A stretch of DNA of 64,000 nt from Spirochaetia bacterium (GTDB lineage: Bacteria; Spirochaetota; Spirochaetia; UBA9216), in the NCBI GenBank assembly GCA_963675665.1, contig OY776510.1, positions 4,640,001-4,704,000 of the forward strand, written 5' to 3'. Position numbers and translations under genes: made by a program. Positions 10,331-21,963 of this stretch are shown here, one piece after another. Under the pieces are notes generated by a model. That model was not told the origin of the DNA. It ran no database searches and saw nothing but the letters and a program-made list of their open reading frames with translations. Position 1 is the stretch's first letter. Every line of letters starts with the position of its first letter.

Positions 10331-11653
10331 TTAGAGATTCCTCGATTTAATTTTGCCTTTCTTAACAAAGCCTTCCTGATGATGCATTCTTAGATGACCT
10401 TCAATTTGCGACATTGTATCCAGATCGACTCCTACCATAATCAGAAGTGATGTACCTCCAAGCAACATTGCCGCGGATGCAGGGAAGTGAAACACAGCCT
10501 GAACGATGGTCGGAATAATTGCTATGAAAGCGAGAAAAATGGCGCCGGGTAAAATTATTCTGGTGAGAATCTTATTCAGATATTCTTCCAGTTTGTCTGA
10601 TCTTACTCCCGGAATCGAACCGCCGTTTTCTCTAATCTGTCTTGCTATTTCCATCGGGTTCAGTGTAGCCTGAGTGTAAAAATATGCAAAAAAGATAATC
10701 AATAGCGTATATATTATCAAATATGCCGGACCGCTCGGTCTCAGCCAATATGAAAAATCACCCAGCCATTTAATACTCTTGCCTAAATTGCTGCTTATCT
10801 GTAACAGGAAAGTAAGTATCGATGATGCAAAAATTACAGGTATAACGCCTGAAGGATTGATTTTAAAGGGAATGTATGTGCTCTGTGCACCGTACATCTT
10901 TCTTCCTACAACCCGCTTCGCATAATGAACAGGTATTTTACGCTGCCCCTGCTGTTCATAAACAACCAGTGCAACTACCGCCACAAACATTGCAAGTACA
11001 ATAATTACAAATACAGGGTTTAAAGCATCTTCTCTTACCGCACGTATAATAGATGCAAAAGCATTGGGCATTCTTGCTACAATACCTGCAAAGATTATCA
11101 GAGATATTCCGTTTCCTACTCCACGCTGAGTTATCTGCTCGCCCATCCACATCAGAAAAACAGTGCCCGATGTTACGGTGAGCATTGCAATAAATGTGTA
11201 CGGCAGTTTTGCCATGGCTATTGCATCAGGTATCTGATCAGCATAAACAGTAACTACATATGACTGAATAAGACATACAAGCACCGTACCGTATCTAACG
11301 TATTTCTGAATTTTCTTTCTTCCGCCGTCTTCTTCCGATATCTTCTTCAAAAAAGGAAACACCATCAGAAGCAGCTGCATTATGATCGACATGGAGATAT
11401 AAGGCATTATTCCCAACATAAATATCGAGAAATTCTTAAATCCGCCACCTGAAAAGAAATCGATATATTCTGTAATTCCTATTGCGTTTGCACCTTCCTG
11501 AGCCATGAAATACAGTTTGAGAGCATTGAGATTAATACCGGGAATAGGTATTGCAACGCCAAGTCTGTAAATCACGAGCATAAGTACAGTAAAAAGGATC
11601 CGATCCCGCAGATCCTTTATTCGCATCATATCAGCAAGCTTATTACCAGCCAT
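10331..11653 (-). CDS. secY: Preprotein translocase SecY
   Basis: SIFMLGIMPYISMSII, GNGISLIIFAGI, GVIPVIFASS, GGTSLLIMVGV. Confidence 0.98.
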   Translation of the reverse strand: MAGNKLADMMRIKDLRDRILFTVLMLVIYRLGVAIPIPGINLNALKLYFMAQEGANAIGITEYIDFFSGGGFKNFSIFMLGIMPYISMSIIMQLLLMVFPFLKKISEEDGGRKKIQKYVRYGTVLVCLIQSYVVTVYADQIPDAIAMAKLPYTFIAMLTVTSGTVFLMWMGEQITQRGVGNGISLIIFAGIVARMPNAFASIIRAVREDALNPVFVIIVLAMFVAVVALVVYEQQGQRKIPVHYAKRVVGRKMYGAQSTYIPFKINPSGVIPVIFASSILTFLLQISSNLGKSIKWLGDFSYWLRPSGPAYLIIYTLLIIFFAYFYTQATLNPMEIARQIRENGGSIPGVRSDKLEEYLNKILTRIILPGAIFLAFIAIIPTIVQAVFHFPASAAMLLGGTSLLIMVGVDLDTMSQIEGHLRMHHQEGFVKKGKIKSRNL

Positions 11654-11654
11654 T

Positions 11655-12101
11655 CTAACCTTCTTTGACTACAATATTACCACCGGCTTTTTCGATCTTT
11701 TCTTTTGCACCGGCAGATACTTTTTCTACGTCAACTGTTAACTTTTTGGTGAGTTCTCCGTCACCGAGGATTTTAACTTTAACGTTTTTGCCTTTAACAA
11801 CACCCTTCTCTTTAAGGGTTTCAAGGCTCACGGTTTCACCATCAGTGTATTTTAATTCAATCTCCCGAAGGTTTACAGCTTTATATTCAACCTTAAACGG
11901 ATAGTTGGAAAAACCTCTTCGTGCAATCCGCCTGTAAAGAGGCATCTGGCCGCCTTCAAATCCGGGTCGAACACCACCGCCTGAACGTGCGTTCTGACCG
12001 TTTGAACCTCTTCCGCTTGTTCCACCCCGTGTTGATCCGTTTCCGCGACCTACAACTCGTTTCTTTTTAACCGCGCCGTCCGGCACTCTTAATTCGTCCA
12101 T
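11655..12101 (-). CDS. rplO: 50S ribosomal protein L15
   Basis: GRGNGS..GGTSGRG..GQNARSG..GFEGGQMPLYRR. Confidence 0.97.
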   Translation of the reverse strand: MDELRVPDGAVKKKRVVGRGNGSTRGGTSGRGSNGQNARSGGGVRPGFEGGQMPLYRRIARRGFSNYPFKVEYKAVNLREIELKYTDGETVSLETLKEKGVVKGKNVKVKILGDGELTKKLTVDVEKVSAGAKEKIEKAGGNIVVKEG

Positions 12102-12103
12102 AA

Positions 12104-12301
12104 TCAGCTAATCTCCTCAACTTTTACAAGATGTGAGACGGTATTAATCATACCAAGAATTGCAGGATTGGAATCCTTGACAACCGACTGATGCATCTTT
12201 CTCAAACCAAGGGCCTTTAAAGTTGCTCTCTGGTTTGGTTTTCTGCCTATTCCGCTTCTTACAAGCTCTATTTTAACCTGTTTAGTTTTACTCTTGGCCA
12301 T
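12104..12301 (-). CDS. rpmD: 50S ribosomal protein L30
   Basis: [24 protein letters not shown]; start moved to MAKSK. Confidence 0.95.
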   Translation of the reverse strand: MAKSKTKQVKIELVRSGIGRKPNQRATLKALGLRKMHQSVVKDSNPAILGMINTVSHLVKVEEIS

Positions 12302-12303
12302 TA

Positions 12304-12801
12304 TTAACCCCACATATCGACAAGAGTTTTTCCCCTGCCTTTTGCAATTTCTCTGGCGCTCATCATATTCTCAAGACCGTTAAAAACAGCTTTTGTTATA
12401 TTCATCGTGTTTTTGGAACCGAGTGATTTACTGAGAATATTATTGATTCCGCATACTTCCATCACGGCACGTACTGGCCCGCCGGCAATAATTCCGGTTC
12501 CCGGAGCAGCCGGCTTCAGAAGTACTCTTGCACTCTTGTACTCGCCTACATATTCATGAGGAACAGTACTGTTTTTCACAGGAACGGTGATCATACTCTT
12601 TTTAGCCTTCTCAACGGACTTTCTGATGGCTTCTGAAACATCATTTGCCTTTCCAAATCCGTAACCTACTCTGCCGTTCTGATCGCCTACGACAACAAGA
12701 GCCGAGAAAGAAAATCTTCTACCACCTTTAACAACCTTTGCAACCCTGTTGAGTTTTACAAGTTTCTCAACATATTCTTTATCGTTTGCAGTTTCCAACA
12801 T
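12304..12801 (-). CDS. rpsE: 30S ribosomal protein S5
   Basis: [23 protein letters not shown]. Confidence 0.98.
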   Translation of the reverse strand: MLETANDKEYVEKLVKLNRVAKVVKGGRRFSFSALVVVGDQNGRVGYGFGKANDVSEAIRKSVEKAKKSMITVPVKNSTVPHEYVGEYKSARVLLKPAAPGTGIIAGGPVRAVMEVCGINNILSKSLGSKNTMNITKAVFNGLENMMSAREIAKGRGKTLVDMWG

Positions 12802-12808
12802 CTTCCTC

Positions 12809-13168
12809 CTAAATGGTTATACCCGACTTGCGCGCACCGTCAGCAATAGCTTTAACTTTACCGTGATAGATATAACCATTTCTATCAAATACAACGTTAG
12901 TTATCTTTTTCTCTTTAAGACGTGTACCGATAAGTTCACCCAGCTTTGAAGCACCTTCAACATTGGACGGAATAGTCCTGTTTTCTTTCTCCAGATTATT
13001 TGCATAAGCGATTGTTTTACCGCTTTGATCATCGATGACCTGGATATAAAGATGCCGTGAGCTTTTGTAAACACTCATTCTCGGTCTTTCCGGAGTTCCC
13101 TGAACAGTTTTCCGAACGTGTTTCTTTCTTCTTACTCTTCGGTTTGCTTTCTCTATAAGCTTCTTCAT
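12809..13168 (-). CDS. rplR: 50S ribosomal protein L18
   Basis: GTPERPRMSVYKS...VVFDRNGYIYHGKV. Confidence 0.97.
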   Translation of the reverse strand: MKKLIEKANRRVRRKKHVRKTVQGTPERPRMSVYKSSRHLYIQVIDDQSGKTIAYANNLEKENRTIPSNVEGASKLGELIGTRLKEKKITNVVFDRNGYIYHGKVKAIADGARKSGITI

Positions 13169-13177
13169 ACAACTACC

Positions 13178-13723
13178 CTACTTAATACCTGACTTACCAA
13201 TTTTGCGTCTGATATTTTCATCTTCATACCTGATTCCTTTACCTTTATACGGCTCGGGCGGTCTCAAAGATCTTATTTCAGCGCTTACCTGACCTACTCT
13301 CTGCTTGTTGATTCCGGAAACAACAATTTTGTTGCCACCCTTTCCTTCAACTACAATGGTAATACCGTCCTCAATAAAATAATCGATAGGCTGTGAATAA
13401 CCCAGATTAAGAGTGAGAATGTCGTTATTAACCTCGGCCCTGTAACCAACACCGTTAATAATAAGGCTTTTTGAATATCCCTGAGATACTCCAATAACCA
13501 TGTTGTTTATAAGCGATCTGTAAAGACCGTGATACGAATGTGCGGCCTTTGTATCTTTTTTAGCGCTTACAGTAACTTCATTTTCTTCAACTTTAATATC
13601 TACATCCGGCTTATAATCCTGCTCAAGTTTTCCCTTAGGGCCTTCAACAGCGATCATGTCTTCAGTAACTGCAACCTTGACTCCCTGAGGAATCACTACT
13701 GGTAATTTTCCTATTCGAGACAT
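13178..13723 (-). CDS. rplF: 50S ribosomal protein L6
   Basis: MSRIGKLPV...RPPEPYKGKGIRY. Confidence 0.98.
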   Translation of the reverse strand: MSRIGKLPVVIPQGVKVAVTEDMIAVEGPKGKLEQDYKPDVDIKVEENEVTVSAKKDTKAAHSYHGLYRSLINNMVIGVSQGYSKSLIINGVGYRAEVNNDILTLNLGYSQPIDYFIEDGITIVVEGKGGNKIVVSGINKQRVGQVSAEIRSLRPPEPYKGKGIRYEDENIRRKIGKSGIK

Positions 13724-13738
13724 TTTGTTTCCCCTATC

Positions 13739-14137
13739 CTACCAAACTGAGCAAATCAGCTCTCCGCCGACCTTTTTTTCAGCGGCTTTCTTTCCGGTCG
13801 TAACACCCGCAGATGTGGATACTATCAATGTACCGAATCCGTTAAAGATTCTGGGCATCTTTTTATAGCTTGAATATATCCTTCTACCAGGTTTTGATAT
13901 TTTCTGAATACCATGAATAATCGGCTGATCTTCTTCAGCATACTTTAAAAATATTCTGATATAGTTAATACCGTCTATTGTGGTTTTCTTAAAATTCTTA
14001 ACATATCCCTCGTTCTTCAAAATTTTCACTATTTCCAGTTTTAATTTTGAAGTCGGAATATCAACCCTATCAAATCGCGCACTATTCGCGTTTCTTATTT
14101 TCGTTAACATATCAGCTACAGGATCTGAAACTGCCAT
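13739..14137 (-). CDS. rpsH: 30S ribosomal protein S8
   Basis: [13 protein letters not shown]...SKPGRRIY...GGELICSVW. Confidence 0.98.
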   Translation of the reverse strand: MAVSDPVADMLTKIRNANSARFDRVDIPTSKLKLEIVKILKNEGYVKNFKKTTIDGINYIRIFLKYAEEDQPIIHGIQKISKPGRRIYSSYKKMPRIFNGFGTLIVSTSAGVTTGKKAAEKKVGGELICSVW

Positions 14138-14147
14138 ATTATTCTCC

Positions 14148-14333
14148 CTACCAGCTGGATTTAGTTACGCCCGGGATTAAACCTTCACTGGCGTACTTTC
14201 TGAAACAAACTCTACACATCTTAAACTTCCGCATATAGCCTCTCGGTCTGCCACAGATCTGACATCTGTTCACTTTACGTGTACTATACTTCGGAGTCCG
14301 GTTAGCTTTTACAATCATAGATTTTTTAGCCAT
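14148..14333 (-). CDS. rpsN: 30S ribosomal protein S14, type Z (61 aa, Zn-binding)
   Basis: [10 protein letters not shown]...[16 protein letters not shown]. Confidence 0.97.
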   Translation of the reverse strand: MAKKSMIVKANRTPKYSTRKVNRCQICGRPRGYMRKFKMCRVCFRKYASEGLIPGVTKSSW

Positions 14334-14344
14334 AATTACTACTC

Positions 14345-14899
14345 CTATTTTCTGAAAGGCATGCCGAGCTTCTGCAAAAGGCTCTTGGCTTCCTGATCCG
14401 TCTTAGCGGTTGTAACAATAGCGATATTCAATCCGCTGACCCTTTCAATCTTGTCATAATCGATTTCAGGAAAAATTATCTGCTCTGTAATGCCAAGAGC
14501 GTAATTTCCGTTACCATCAAATGCGTTAGGGTTAGTGCCTCTGAAGTCCTTTACACGGGGAAGTGCAACACTGGTCAGTCTTTCAAAAAATTCCCACATG
14601 TATGCTCCACGCAAAGTTACCTTGGCGCCGATCTCCATTCCTTCACGCAGCTTAAAGTTTGATATTGATTTTCTTGCCTTCGTCTTAACAGCTTTCTGGC
14701 CTGTAATCAGCTCCATTTCCTGAACAGCTGACTCAAGAAATTTCTTGTTTGCAATTGCGTCTCCGCACCCTACACTGACAACAATTTTCTCAATACTTGG
14801 AATCTGCATGGGGGACTTATATCCGAATTCTTCCTGAAGCTCTTTGAAAACTTTCTCAGTATAGAACTTCTTCATTGTAGGTACGTATACTGCTGCCAT
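14345..14899 (-). CDS. rplE: 50S ribosomal protein L5
   Basis: ITGQKAV...[15 protein letters not shown]...LPRVKDFRG...FDGNGNY; start moved to MAAVY. Confidence 0.98.
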   Translation of the reverse strand: MAAVYVPTMKKFYTEKVFKELQEEFGYKSPMQIPSIEKIVVSVGCGDAIANKKFLESAVQEMELITGQKAVKTKARKSISNFKLREGMEIGAKVTLRGAYMWEFFERLTSVALPRVKDFRGTNPNAFDGNGNYALGITEQIIFPEIDYDKIERVSGLNIAIVTTAKTDQEAKSLLQKLGMPFRK

Positions 14900-15210
14900 T
14901 AGATTGTATCCCCGCATTTCTTACAAATTCTTTTTTTCTCTTTCCCGTCAACCTTGAACCCAACTCTGGTAGGACCGCATTTCTTGCATACTACCATTAC
15001 ATTTGATGCATCCATGGCTGCTTCTATACTTATAATTCCGCCTTTTTCATTCTGGCTTTTGGCTTTCTGGGCCTTCTTTACTATGTTTATACCCTGAACG
15101 ATAACACGGGCTTTTTCTCTGTCTACTTTAACAACCTTTCCGGTTTTTCCTTTATCTTTGCCGCAAACAACCTTAACGGTATCGTCCTTCTTAATCTTAT
15201 ATTTTACCAT
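14899..15210 (-). CDS. rplX: 50S ribosomal protein L24
   Basis: [22 protein letters not shown] motif. Confidence 0.97.
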   Translation of the reverse strand: MVKYKIKKDDTVKVVCGKDKGKTGKVVKVDREKARVIVQGINIVKKAQKAKSQNEKGGIISIEAAMDASNVMVVCKKCGPTRVGFKVDGKEKKRICKKCGDTI

Positions 15211-15222
15211 CAGTAAACTCCT

Positions 15223-15591
15223 TTAAAGAACTTCCGGCGCGAGCGAAACGATCTTCATGAAGCCTTCTTCACGAAGCTCTCTTGCTACAGGGCCGAAAAT
15301 TCTCTTTCCTTTCGGAGCCTGGTTGGCATCTACAATAACACAGGCATTGTCATCAAATCTGATATATGTACCGTCGGGTCTCCGATATTCCTTGCTGGTT
15401 CTTACTATTACCGCCTTCTGTACATCACCTTTTTTGATGGCTGCATTAGGCAGAGCGTCTTTTACTGCTACTACGATGATGTCGCCGATTCCGGCTGTCA
15501 TTTTATGACTTCCGCCGAGAACCTTAATACACTGCACCCTCTTAGCACCGCTGTTATCTGCCACATTCAGATACGTTTGCATCTGGATCAT
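15223..15591 (-). CDS. rplN: 50S ribosomal protein L14
   Basis: [17 protein letters not shown]...[10 protein letters not shown]. Confidence 0.98.
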   Translation of the reverse strand: MIQMQTYLNVADNSGAKRVQCIKVLGGSHKMTAGIGDIIVVAVKDALPNAAIKKGDVQKAVIVRTSKEYRRPDGTYIRFDDNACVIVDANQAPKGKRIFGPVARELREEGFMKIVSLAPEVL

Positions 15592-15681
15592 ATTACAACT
15601 CCTTCAAGCATGCCCGATCAGATATCTCTACCGGCATACTCAATTTCCAATAATGAGCAGACTTCCTGCTCATTAGAACAA

Positions 15682-15957
15682 TTATTTTGCTCTCTCGACT
15701 ATCTCAACAAGACGCCAGCATTTATCTTTGCTGACCGGTCTGCATTCTATTACTCGAACTGTATCTCCGATATTAGCGTCATTCTTTTCATCGTGAGCTT
15801 TTATCTTTTTGCTTCTCGCAAGATACTTTTTATACAGTCGGTGGAGTTTTCTGGTACTTACCTTGACAACGATTGTTTTTTCCATTTTGTCGCTGACCAC
15901 AACTCCTGTGTATGTCTTGTTATATCCCTTGGTCTTTTCTACCGCTTTAGTATCCAC
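15682..15957 (-). CDS. rpsQ: 30S ribosomal protein S17
   Basis: [14 protein letters not shown]...KAHDE...ECRPVSK. Likely GTG start at 15957 by SD spacing; ATG 15963 is the alternative. Confidence 0.96.
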   Translation of the reverse strand: MDTKAVEKTKGYNKTYTGVVVSDKMEKTIVVKVSTRKLHRLYKKYLARSKKIKAHDEKNDANIGDTVRVIECRPVSKDKCWRLVEIVERAK

Positions 15958-15971
15958 TATCATCTCCTGCC

Positions 15972-16172
15972 TTAAGCCTTACGAATTCCGAGCGCATACT
16001 CGTGAATGATCGTATTGAGTCTGGCGATCTGTCGTCTGACAGTTCTGATTTCGATAGGACTTTCAACATGACCAAGCACTTTGCTGAACCTTTTGTCCAT
16101 GTGTTTCTTTTTAAGTTCTTCACGTTTGTTAAGAAGTTCTTCGTATGTCAAATCGCTAAATGAATTTTTCAT
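15972..16172 (-). CDS. rpmC: 50S ribosomal protein L29
   Basis: Position in the S10 operon; [14 protein letters not shown]. Confidence 0.95.
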   Translation of the reverse strand: MKNSFSDLTYEELLNKREELKKKHMDKRFSKVLGHVESPIEIRTVRRQIARLNTIIHEYALGIRKA

Positions 16173-16174
16173 AA

Positions 16175-16594
16175 CTATTCACGACCCCTTCTTTCAGCAA
16201 ATTTCACTTTGATCGGCAGTTTATTTCCTGCAAGCCTCATTGCTTCGTTGGCAAGTTCAGGACTTACGCCCGACATTTCAAACATCACGGTTCCGGGTTT
16301 AACTTCTGCAACCCAGTATTCCGGATTACCTTTACCTTTTCCCATCCTGGTTTCAGCGGGTTTCTTTGTATAAGGTATGTCAGGGAAAATCCTGATCCAG
16401 ACTTTACCGCCTCTCTTGATATGCCTTGTCATTGCAATACGCGCAGCTTCAATCTGCCTGTTGGTTATCCATTTATTTTCCAGAGAAACCAGACCGTAGT
16501 CGCCGAAGGCAATTGTGTTACCTCTCTGCGCGACACCCCGGAGTACACCGCCTCTCTGTCTCTTCCTGTATTTCGTTCTTTTAGGACTAAGCAT
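16175..16594 (-). CDS. rplP: 50S ribosomal protein L16
   Basis: [11 protein letters not shown]...[12 protein letters not shown]. Confidence 0.98.
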   Translation of the reverse strand: MLSPKRTKYRKRQRGGVLRGVAQRGNTIAFGDYGLVSLENKWITNRQIEAARIAMTRHIKRGGKVWIRIFPDIPYTKKPAETRMGKGKGNPEYWVAEVKPGTVMFEMSGVSPELANEAMRLAGNKLPIKVKFAERRGRE

Positions 16595-16599
16595 CTCGA

Positions 16600-17301
16600 T
16601 TAACTCCTTGCAGAGGATTTATCTCTCTGTTTTTTAACGAGAAGACCCGCATCCTCTTTCCGGTCTCTTTTATAAACCTCTCCGGTAAATACCCAGACCT
16701 TAACGCCTATAACTCCAAAGGTTGTATCGGCTTCTGCAAAACCGTAGTCGATATTTGCCCTTAGAGTATGAAGAGGAACCCGGCCAGCCTTATACTGTTC
16801 CATTCTGGACATTTCGGCCCCGCCGAGTCTTCCTGATATCTTAACCTTAATTCCCTGAATACCAGTCTTCATAGCGTTGTTAACAGCCATTTTTAGAGTT
16901 CTTCTGAAAGCAGATCTGGATTTAAGCTGTCTGGCAATATTCAGAGCAATAATCTGTGCATCGCTTTCAGGCTGTTTAATCTCTTTTATCTTTATCTGAA
17001 TTTTCTTTCCTGCAATAGTCTGCAGTCTGTTTCCAATCTTTTCAATATTAGAACCCTTGGCGCCGATTATAATACCGGGCCTTGATGTCTGAATAACAAC
17101 TGTTATTCTCTGGGGATGTCTGATTATCTCTATATCAGAAATATCCGCACCTTTGGTTTCAGGACAGTTTAAAAGAGTCTTCCTGATTACCAGGTCTTCA
17201 TGCAGTGTGTCTGCATACTCTCTCGGGTCCACATACCATTTGGATTTCCAGGTTTTGTTTATACCGATTCGTAAACCTATAGGATTAACTTTCTGACCCA
17301 T
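16600..17301 (-). CDS. rpsC: 30S ribosomal protein S3
   Basis: [13 protein letters not shown]...[14 protein letters not shown]. Confidence 0.98.
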   Translation of the reverse strand: MGQKVNPIGLRIGINKTWKSKWYVDPREYADTLHEDLVIRKTLLNCPETKGADISDIEIIRHPQRITVVIQTSRPGIIIGAKGSNIEKIGNRLQTIAGKKIQIKIKEIKQPESDAQIIALNIARQLKSRSAFRRTLKMAVNNAMKTGIQGIKVKISGRLGGAEMSRMEQYKAGRVPLHTLRANIDYGFAEADTTFGVIGVKVWVFTGEVYKRDRKEDAGLLVKKQRDKSSARS

Positions 17302-17664
17302 TTATTCCCCCACACTCGCAATTTCATCTACAACAACTGTTATATGACTCATTCTTTTTAAAAGAATGTCTCTCCTGCCCCGACCTCTTGCCCAGACTCT
17401 TTTCATGCGCGGACCGTCATCGATCATCAGAATCTTGATATAGAGCATTTCCTCATCAAGATTTTTATTCTGAAAAAGCGCATTAGCCGCTGCAGACTGT
17501 ATAGTCTTTCGAAGATAAACAGCGCCTTTCTGAGGGAGGCTTTCAAGTATAGCAACCGCCTCAGTATAAGGCTTGTTTCTGACTATATTAGCCACTCTTC
17601 TGAGTTTCGTAGGAGCAATCATCAAATGTGTAGATTTTGCTTTGTATCCTTTTTTTGCGTCCAT
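17302..17664 (-). CDS. rplV: 50S ribosomal protein L22
   Basis: APTKLRRVANIVR...GPRMKRVWARGRGR...SHITVVV. Confidence 0.97.
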   Translation of the reverse strand: MDAKKGYKAKSTHLMIAPTKLRRVANIVRNKPYTEAVAILESLPQKGAVYLRKTIQSAAANALFQNKNLDEEMLYIKILMIDDGPRMKRVWARGRGRRDILLKRMSHITVVVDEIASVGE

Positions 17665-17672
17665 CACTATAC

Positions 17673-17954
17673 CTATCTCTTACCAGCTTTCTTATCCGAA
17701 CCTGAATGACCTCTGTAAAATCTTGTAGGCGCGAACTCGCCGAGCTTGTGTCCTACAAGGTTTTCGGTAACGTATACCGGCACCCAGGTTTTTCCGTTAT
17801 ATACAGAAACTGTAAAACCAACCATTTCAGGAATGATAGTTGATGATCTCGAAAAAGTTTTTACCATCTTCTTGTCACCAGCTTTCGCCATTTCAACGAT
17901 TCTCTTATACAGTTTTCTCTCAATAAAAGGACCTTTCTTTATTGACCTAGCCAC
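17673..17954 (-). CDS. rpsS: 30S ribosomal protein S19
   Basis: ARSIKKGPF...[12 protein letters not shown]. Confidence 0.98.
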   Translation of the reverse strand: MARSIKKGPFIERKLYKRIVEMAKAGDKKMVKTFSRSSTIIPEMVGFTVSVYNGKTWVPVYVTENLVGHKLGEFAPTRFYRGHSGSDKKAGKR

Positions 17955-17965
17955 TATCTATACTC

Positions 17966-18790
17966 CTACTTCCGCTTCTTAACAATAAACTTGCTGGAAG
18001 ACTTGCTCTTCTTTCGTGTCTTGTATCCCTTGGTAGGAACACCCCATGGTGTTACAGGATGACGACCTCCCGAGGTCTTGCCTTCACCGCCTCCGTGCGG
18101 ATGGTCATGAGGATTCATGACAACACCTCGTACTTTCGGCCTTTTGCCCAACCAGCGGGATCTTCCTGCTTTTCCAAGTGTAACATTCATATGATCTTCA
18201 TTACCGACTTCACCAAGTGTTGCCGAACATTTCTTGAAAATCATTCTCATTTCACCGGAAGGAAGTTTCAGAGTTACATAATCGCCGTCTTTGGCAACAA
18301 CTGAAGCTCCAAGTCCTGCAGCCCGAACAAGCTGACCACCGCGTCCAAGTTCAAGTTCAACATTATGCACAGTCATTCCGAGCGGTATGTTTTCAAGCGG
18401 AAGAGTGTTGCCTATCTCAATAGGCGAATTCGGTCCGCTGATTATTTCATTGCCTACCTGAAGACCTTTCGGTGCGAGAACATAACGTTTTTCACCGTCC
18501 GCGTAATTTACAAGAGCTATGTTGGCAGTTCTGTTCGGATCATACTCAATGGTAGCGACCTTTCCGGGAATACCGTATTTATCTCTCTTGAAATCAATTA
18601 TTCTGTATTTTCTTTTATGTCCGCCGCCGCGTCTTCTGACGGCTATTCTTCCACCTGCACCGCGTCCCGCATTTTTGTTGAGCCCTACAGTCAAAGACTT
18701 TTCAGAATCTGTTGTAGTAATCTCGTCAAAAGTCAGTCCGGTCTTGTATCTGAGACTCGGTGTTCTAGGATTATACTTCTTAATTCCCAC
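17966..18790 (-). CDS. rplB: 50S ribosomal protein L2
   Basis: [13 protein letters not shown]...[18 protein letters not shown]. Confidence 0.98.
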   Translation of the reverse strand: MGIKKYNPRTPSLRYKTGLTFDEITTTDSEKSLTVGLNKNAGRGAGGRIAVRRRGGGHKRKYRIIDFKRDKYGIPGKVATIEYDPNRTANIALVNYADGEKRYVLAPKGLQVGNEIISGPNSPIEIGNTLPLENIPLGMTVHNVELELGRGGQLVRAAGLGASVVAKDGDYVTLKLPSGEMRMIFKKCSATLGEVGNEDHMNVTLGKAGRSRWLGKRPKVRGVVMNPHDHPHGGGEGKTSGGRHPVTPWGVPTKGYKTRKKSKSSSKFIVKKRK

Positions 18791-18804
18791 TTCAGCCCCC
18801 TAAC

Positions 18805-19107
18805 CTACACGCCTTCAACCGAATCGATCTTGTCGCCGGCTTTCAGTGTGATTATAGCTTTCTTCCAGGGAGTTGTTTTACCGTAGCGCATACCTGATTT
18901 TGTCCTTGCCATTCTCGGCTTGGATTTTACATTAACGATATTGCAGGCTACAGGCTGAACATTAAAAAGTTCTTTCACTGCTCCCATTATCTGAATCTTG
19001 TTTGCGCGGGGATCAACTTTAAATACATACTTTCTGCTTTCTCCGTCACGCATTTCGTTTGTTTTTTCCGTCAGAACAGGCTCAATAAGTATTCCGATTG
19101 CTTCCAT
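18805..19107 (-). CDS. rplW: 50S ribosomal protein L23
   Basis: PVLTEKT...YVFKVDPRANKIQI...WKKAIITL. Confidence 0.97.
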   Translation of the reverse strand: MEAIGILIEPVLTEKTNEMRDGESRKYVFKVDPRANKIQIMGAVKELFNVQPVACNIVNVKSKPRMARTKSGMRYGKTTPWKKAIITLKAGDKIDSVEGV

Positions 19108-19109
19108 AA

Positions 19110-19745
19110 TTATTCAGCCTCCCCTTTTCCGTAGAAATCATTTAGATTTCCGGCAGCAGTCTCAAGAACCAGAATCTTCTTTCCGTAAAAAAGATCATGA
19201 GCATTGAGCCTGTTATAAGAAAGAATGCTCAAACCGGGAATATTCCGGCCGGCTCTTCTTACCATTGCGTCGTCATCCTTAAGGATAACAACGGCCCTTC
19301 CTTCTACAGATAAACTCTTAAGTATATTTACAAGATCCCTTGTTTTTCCGGATTCAATACTGAAGTCTTCAACAACAACAAGCGAATCATTCTGAGCCTT
19401 AAGGCTAAGAATTGATTTCATTGCAGCTCTTTTCATCTTCTTCGGCATTGAATAGGAATAGTCACGCGGTTTCGGACCGAATACGGTTCCTCCGCCAACC
19501 CATACCGGAGATTTCTTTGAACCTGATCTTGCATGACCGGTACCTTTCTGGCTCCAGGGTTTTGCTCCGCTTCCTCTTACTTCAGATCTTGTCTTTGTGC
19601 ATGCTGTTCCGACACGACGGTTTGCAAGTTCATTTCTGATAGCATAGTAGATCGAACCCTCGCTAACCTCTTTGCCGAATACATCATCACTAAGAGTTAT
19701 ATCTTTTATCTCTTCGCCACTTATCGAAAAGACCTTTGCTTTCAT
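19110..19745 (-). CDS. rplD: 50S ribosomal protein L4
   Basis: TKTRSEVRGSGAKPWSQKGTGHARSG...GGGTVFGPKPRDY. Confidence 0.98.
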   Translation of the reverse strand: MKAKVFSISGEEIKDITLSDDVFGKEVSEGSIYYAIRNELANRRVGTACTKTRSEVRGSGAKPWSQKGTGHARSGSKKSPVWVGGGTVFGPKPRDYSYSMPKKMKRAAMKSILSLKAQNDSLVVVEDFSIESGKTRDLVNILKSLSVEGRAVVILKDDDAMVRRAGRNIPGLSILSYNRLNAHDLFYGKKILVLETAAGNLNDFYGKGEAE

Positions 19746-19759
19746 ATTCTCACCCTTTA

Positions 19760-20380
19760 CTATTTCTTCTTGGCACGTCGTACGAGCACTACACTGTCGC
19801 GTGTTCCCGGAACTGCACCTTTAACAAGAATAATCTGCTTTTCTGCATCAACCCTGACTATTTTCAGGTTCTGCACCGTTTTTCGCTCGCCGCCCATTCT
19901 ACCAGGCATCTTTGTGCCTTTAATCACCCTGGAAGGCCAGGCAGCCATACCAGTCGAACCGTTTGCCCTGTGAAATTTTGAACCGTGGGTTTTTCTTCCA
20001 CCGCCGAAGCCGTGTCTTTTCATAACACCCTGGTAACCTTTACCCTTTGTAGTACCTATTACGTCTACAAATCTGAGTTCTTCAAATAATTCCACACCGT
20101 ATTTCTGACCAATTTCCGTATCGAGATCGAAATCTCTCATTTCATACAGAAACCGTTTCGGTTCAACTCCTTCAGGAAACTGTCCGCCGTAAGGTTTTGT
20201 TACCTTAGCAGCTTTTTTGTCGACTGTTCCCAATACACAGGCTTCATATCCGTCTTTCTCGACGCTTCTTTTACCAACTACAACATTGTCTTCAAATTTT
20301 ATAACAGTTACAGGGGTCATTGCGCCCTGCTCATCATAAACCTGTGTCATGCCGACTTTCTTGCCGATTAGCCCTAACAT
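19760..20380 (-). CDS. rplC: 50S ribosomal protein L3
   Basis: MLGLIGKKVGMTQ...KGKGYQGVMKRHGF; start moved to ATG 20380. Confidence 0.98.
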   Translation of the reverse strand: MLGLIGKKVGMTQVYDEQGAMTPVTVIKFEDNVVVGKRSVEKDGYEACVLGTVDKKAAKVTKPYGGQFPEGVEPKRFLYEMRDFDLDTEIGQKYGVELFEELRFVDVIGTTKGKGYQGVMKRHGFGGGRKTHGSKFHRANGSTGMAAWPSRVIKGTKMPGRMGGERKTVQNLKIVRVDAEKQIILVKGAVPGTRDSVVLVRRAKKK

Positions 20381-20411
20381 CGTATACCTCAAATAAAAAC
20401 TAAAATTGTCG

Positions 20412-20723
20412 TTACTGCTTAATCTCTACATCAACGCCAGCGGGAAGCTCTAATGTCATTAAAGCGTCCATGACTTTTGAAGTAGGGTCTAAAATGTCAA
20501 TCAGTCTCTTATGTGTTCTCATCTCAAACTGCTCTCTGGACTTCTTGTTAACATGAGGAGACCTCAGAACAGTGTATTTATTAATCCGTGTGGGTAGCGG
20601 GATCGGTCCTGCAACTTTTGAACCGGCCTTTCCTACTGTCTGTACGATTGACTTTGCACTCTGATCAACAAGTTCTACGTCGAACCCTCTCAATCTCACT
20701 CGGATCCTATCATTTTTGGCCAT
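20412..20723 (-). CDS. rpsJ: 30S ribosomal protein S10
   Basis: GPIPLPT...[21 protein letters not shown]; start moved to MAKND after a GGAGG SD. Confidence 0.98.
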   Translation of the reverse strand: MAKNDRIRVRLRGFDVELVDQSAKSIVQTVGKAGSKVAGPIPLPTRINKYTVLRSPHVNKKSREQFEMRTHKRLIDILDPTSKVMDALMTLELPAGVDVEIKQ

Positions 20724-20778
20724 TATTCCTCCTGACAATAAAGTCCCGGCTGTAAAGCCAGGACCAATGTCTATTCAA

Positions 20779-21963
20779 TTACTCGATAATTTCAGTTACC
20801 TGACCACTGGCAACTGTTCTTCCACCCTCACGGATAGCAAATCTGAGACCTTTCTCCATAGCGATCGGATGTATGAGTTCAATCTCGAGCTCAACATGAT
20901 CACCAGGCATAACCATCTGCTTGTCGGCAGGAAGATTAACTGTTCCGGTAATATCGGTAGTTCTGAAATAGAACTGAGGTCTGTAACCGGAGAAGAACGG
21001 CGAATGACGACCACCCTCTTCCTTGGAGAGTACGTATGTTGCACCCTGAAACTTAACGTGCGGAGTAATTGTTCCGGGTTTAGCAAGAACCTGGCCTCTT
21101 TCTACTTCTTTCTTGTCGGTACCTCTGAGAAGAGCGCCGATGTTATCACCAGCCTGACCTTCATCAAGAAGCTTGTTAAACATCTCAACACCGGTACATG
21201 TAGTCTTGGCAGTCGCCTTGATACCTACAATTTCGATTTCGTCGCCAACATGAACAACACCTCTTTCAATACGACCGGTAACTACAGTACCACGGCCCTG
21301 AATAGAGAAAATATCTTCAATCGGCATAAGGAAAGGTTTGTCAACATCTCGTTCCGGAACAGGAAAATATGTATCCATTGCATCAAGAAGTTCCTGGATA
21401 CATGCAGTCTTCTCGGGATCATCAGGATTTGACATTGCTTCAAAGGCGGAACCCTTGATAAAAGGACAATCTGACGGGAATTCATAAAATTCAAGAATTT
21501 CCTGAACCTCAACTTCAACGAGTTCAACAAGTTCCGGATCCGCAAGGTCCATCTTGTTCAGAAAAACAATAAGCTTGGGCACTCCAACCTGTCTTGCAAG
21601 AAGGATATGCTCTCTTGTCTGAGGCTCGGGACCAGAATCAGCGGCAACCAGAATAATAGCACCGTCCATCTGTGCAGCACCGGTTATCATGTTCTTGATA
21701 TAGTCGGCGTGACCCGGACAGTCAACATGAGCATAGTGTCTTGTTGCTGTTTCGTACTCAATATGACGTGTATTAATGGTTATTCCTCTGGCTTTTTCTT
21801 CCGGAGCGTTATCAATGTCATCATAGTTCATGACTTTACCACCCTGCTTCATTGAGCAGTACATGGAAATTGCGGCAGTAAGTGTCGTCTTACCATGGTC
21901 AACGTGTCCGATAGTTCCTACGTTAACATGATCCTTAGTTCTAGAAAACTTTTCTTTAGCCAT
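20779..21963 (-). CDS. tuf: Elongation factor Tu
   Basis: [37 protein letters not shown]. Confidence 0.99.
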   Translation of the reverse strand: MAKEKFSRTKDHVNVGTIGHVDHGKTTLTAAISMYCSMKQGGKVMNYDDIDNAPEEKARGITINTRHIEYETATRHYAHVDCPGHADYIKNMITGAAQMDGAIILVAADSGPEPQTREHILLARQVGVPKLIVFLNKMDLADPELVELVEVEVQEILEFYEFPSDCPFIKGSAFEAMSNPDDPEKTACIQELLDAMDTYFPVPERDVDKPFLMPIEDIFSIQGRGTVVTGRIERGVVHVGDEIEIVGIKATAKTTCTGVEMFNKLLDEGQAGDNIGALLRGTDKKEVERGQVLAKPGTITPHVKFQGATYVLSKEEGGRHSPFFSGYRPQFYFRTTDITGTVNLPADKQMVMPGDHVELEIELIHPIAMEKGLRFAIREGGRTVASGQVTEIIE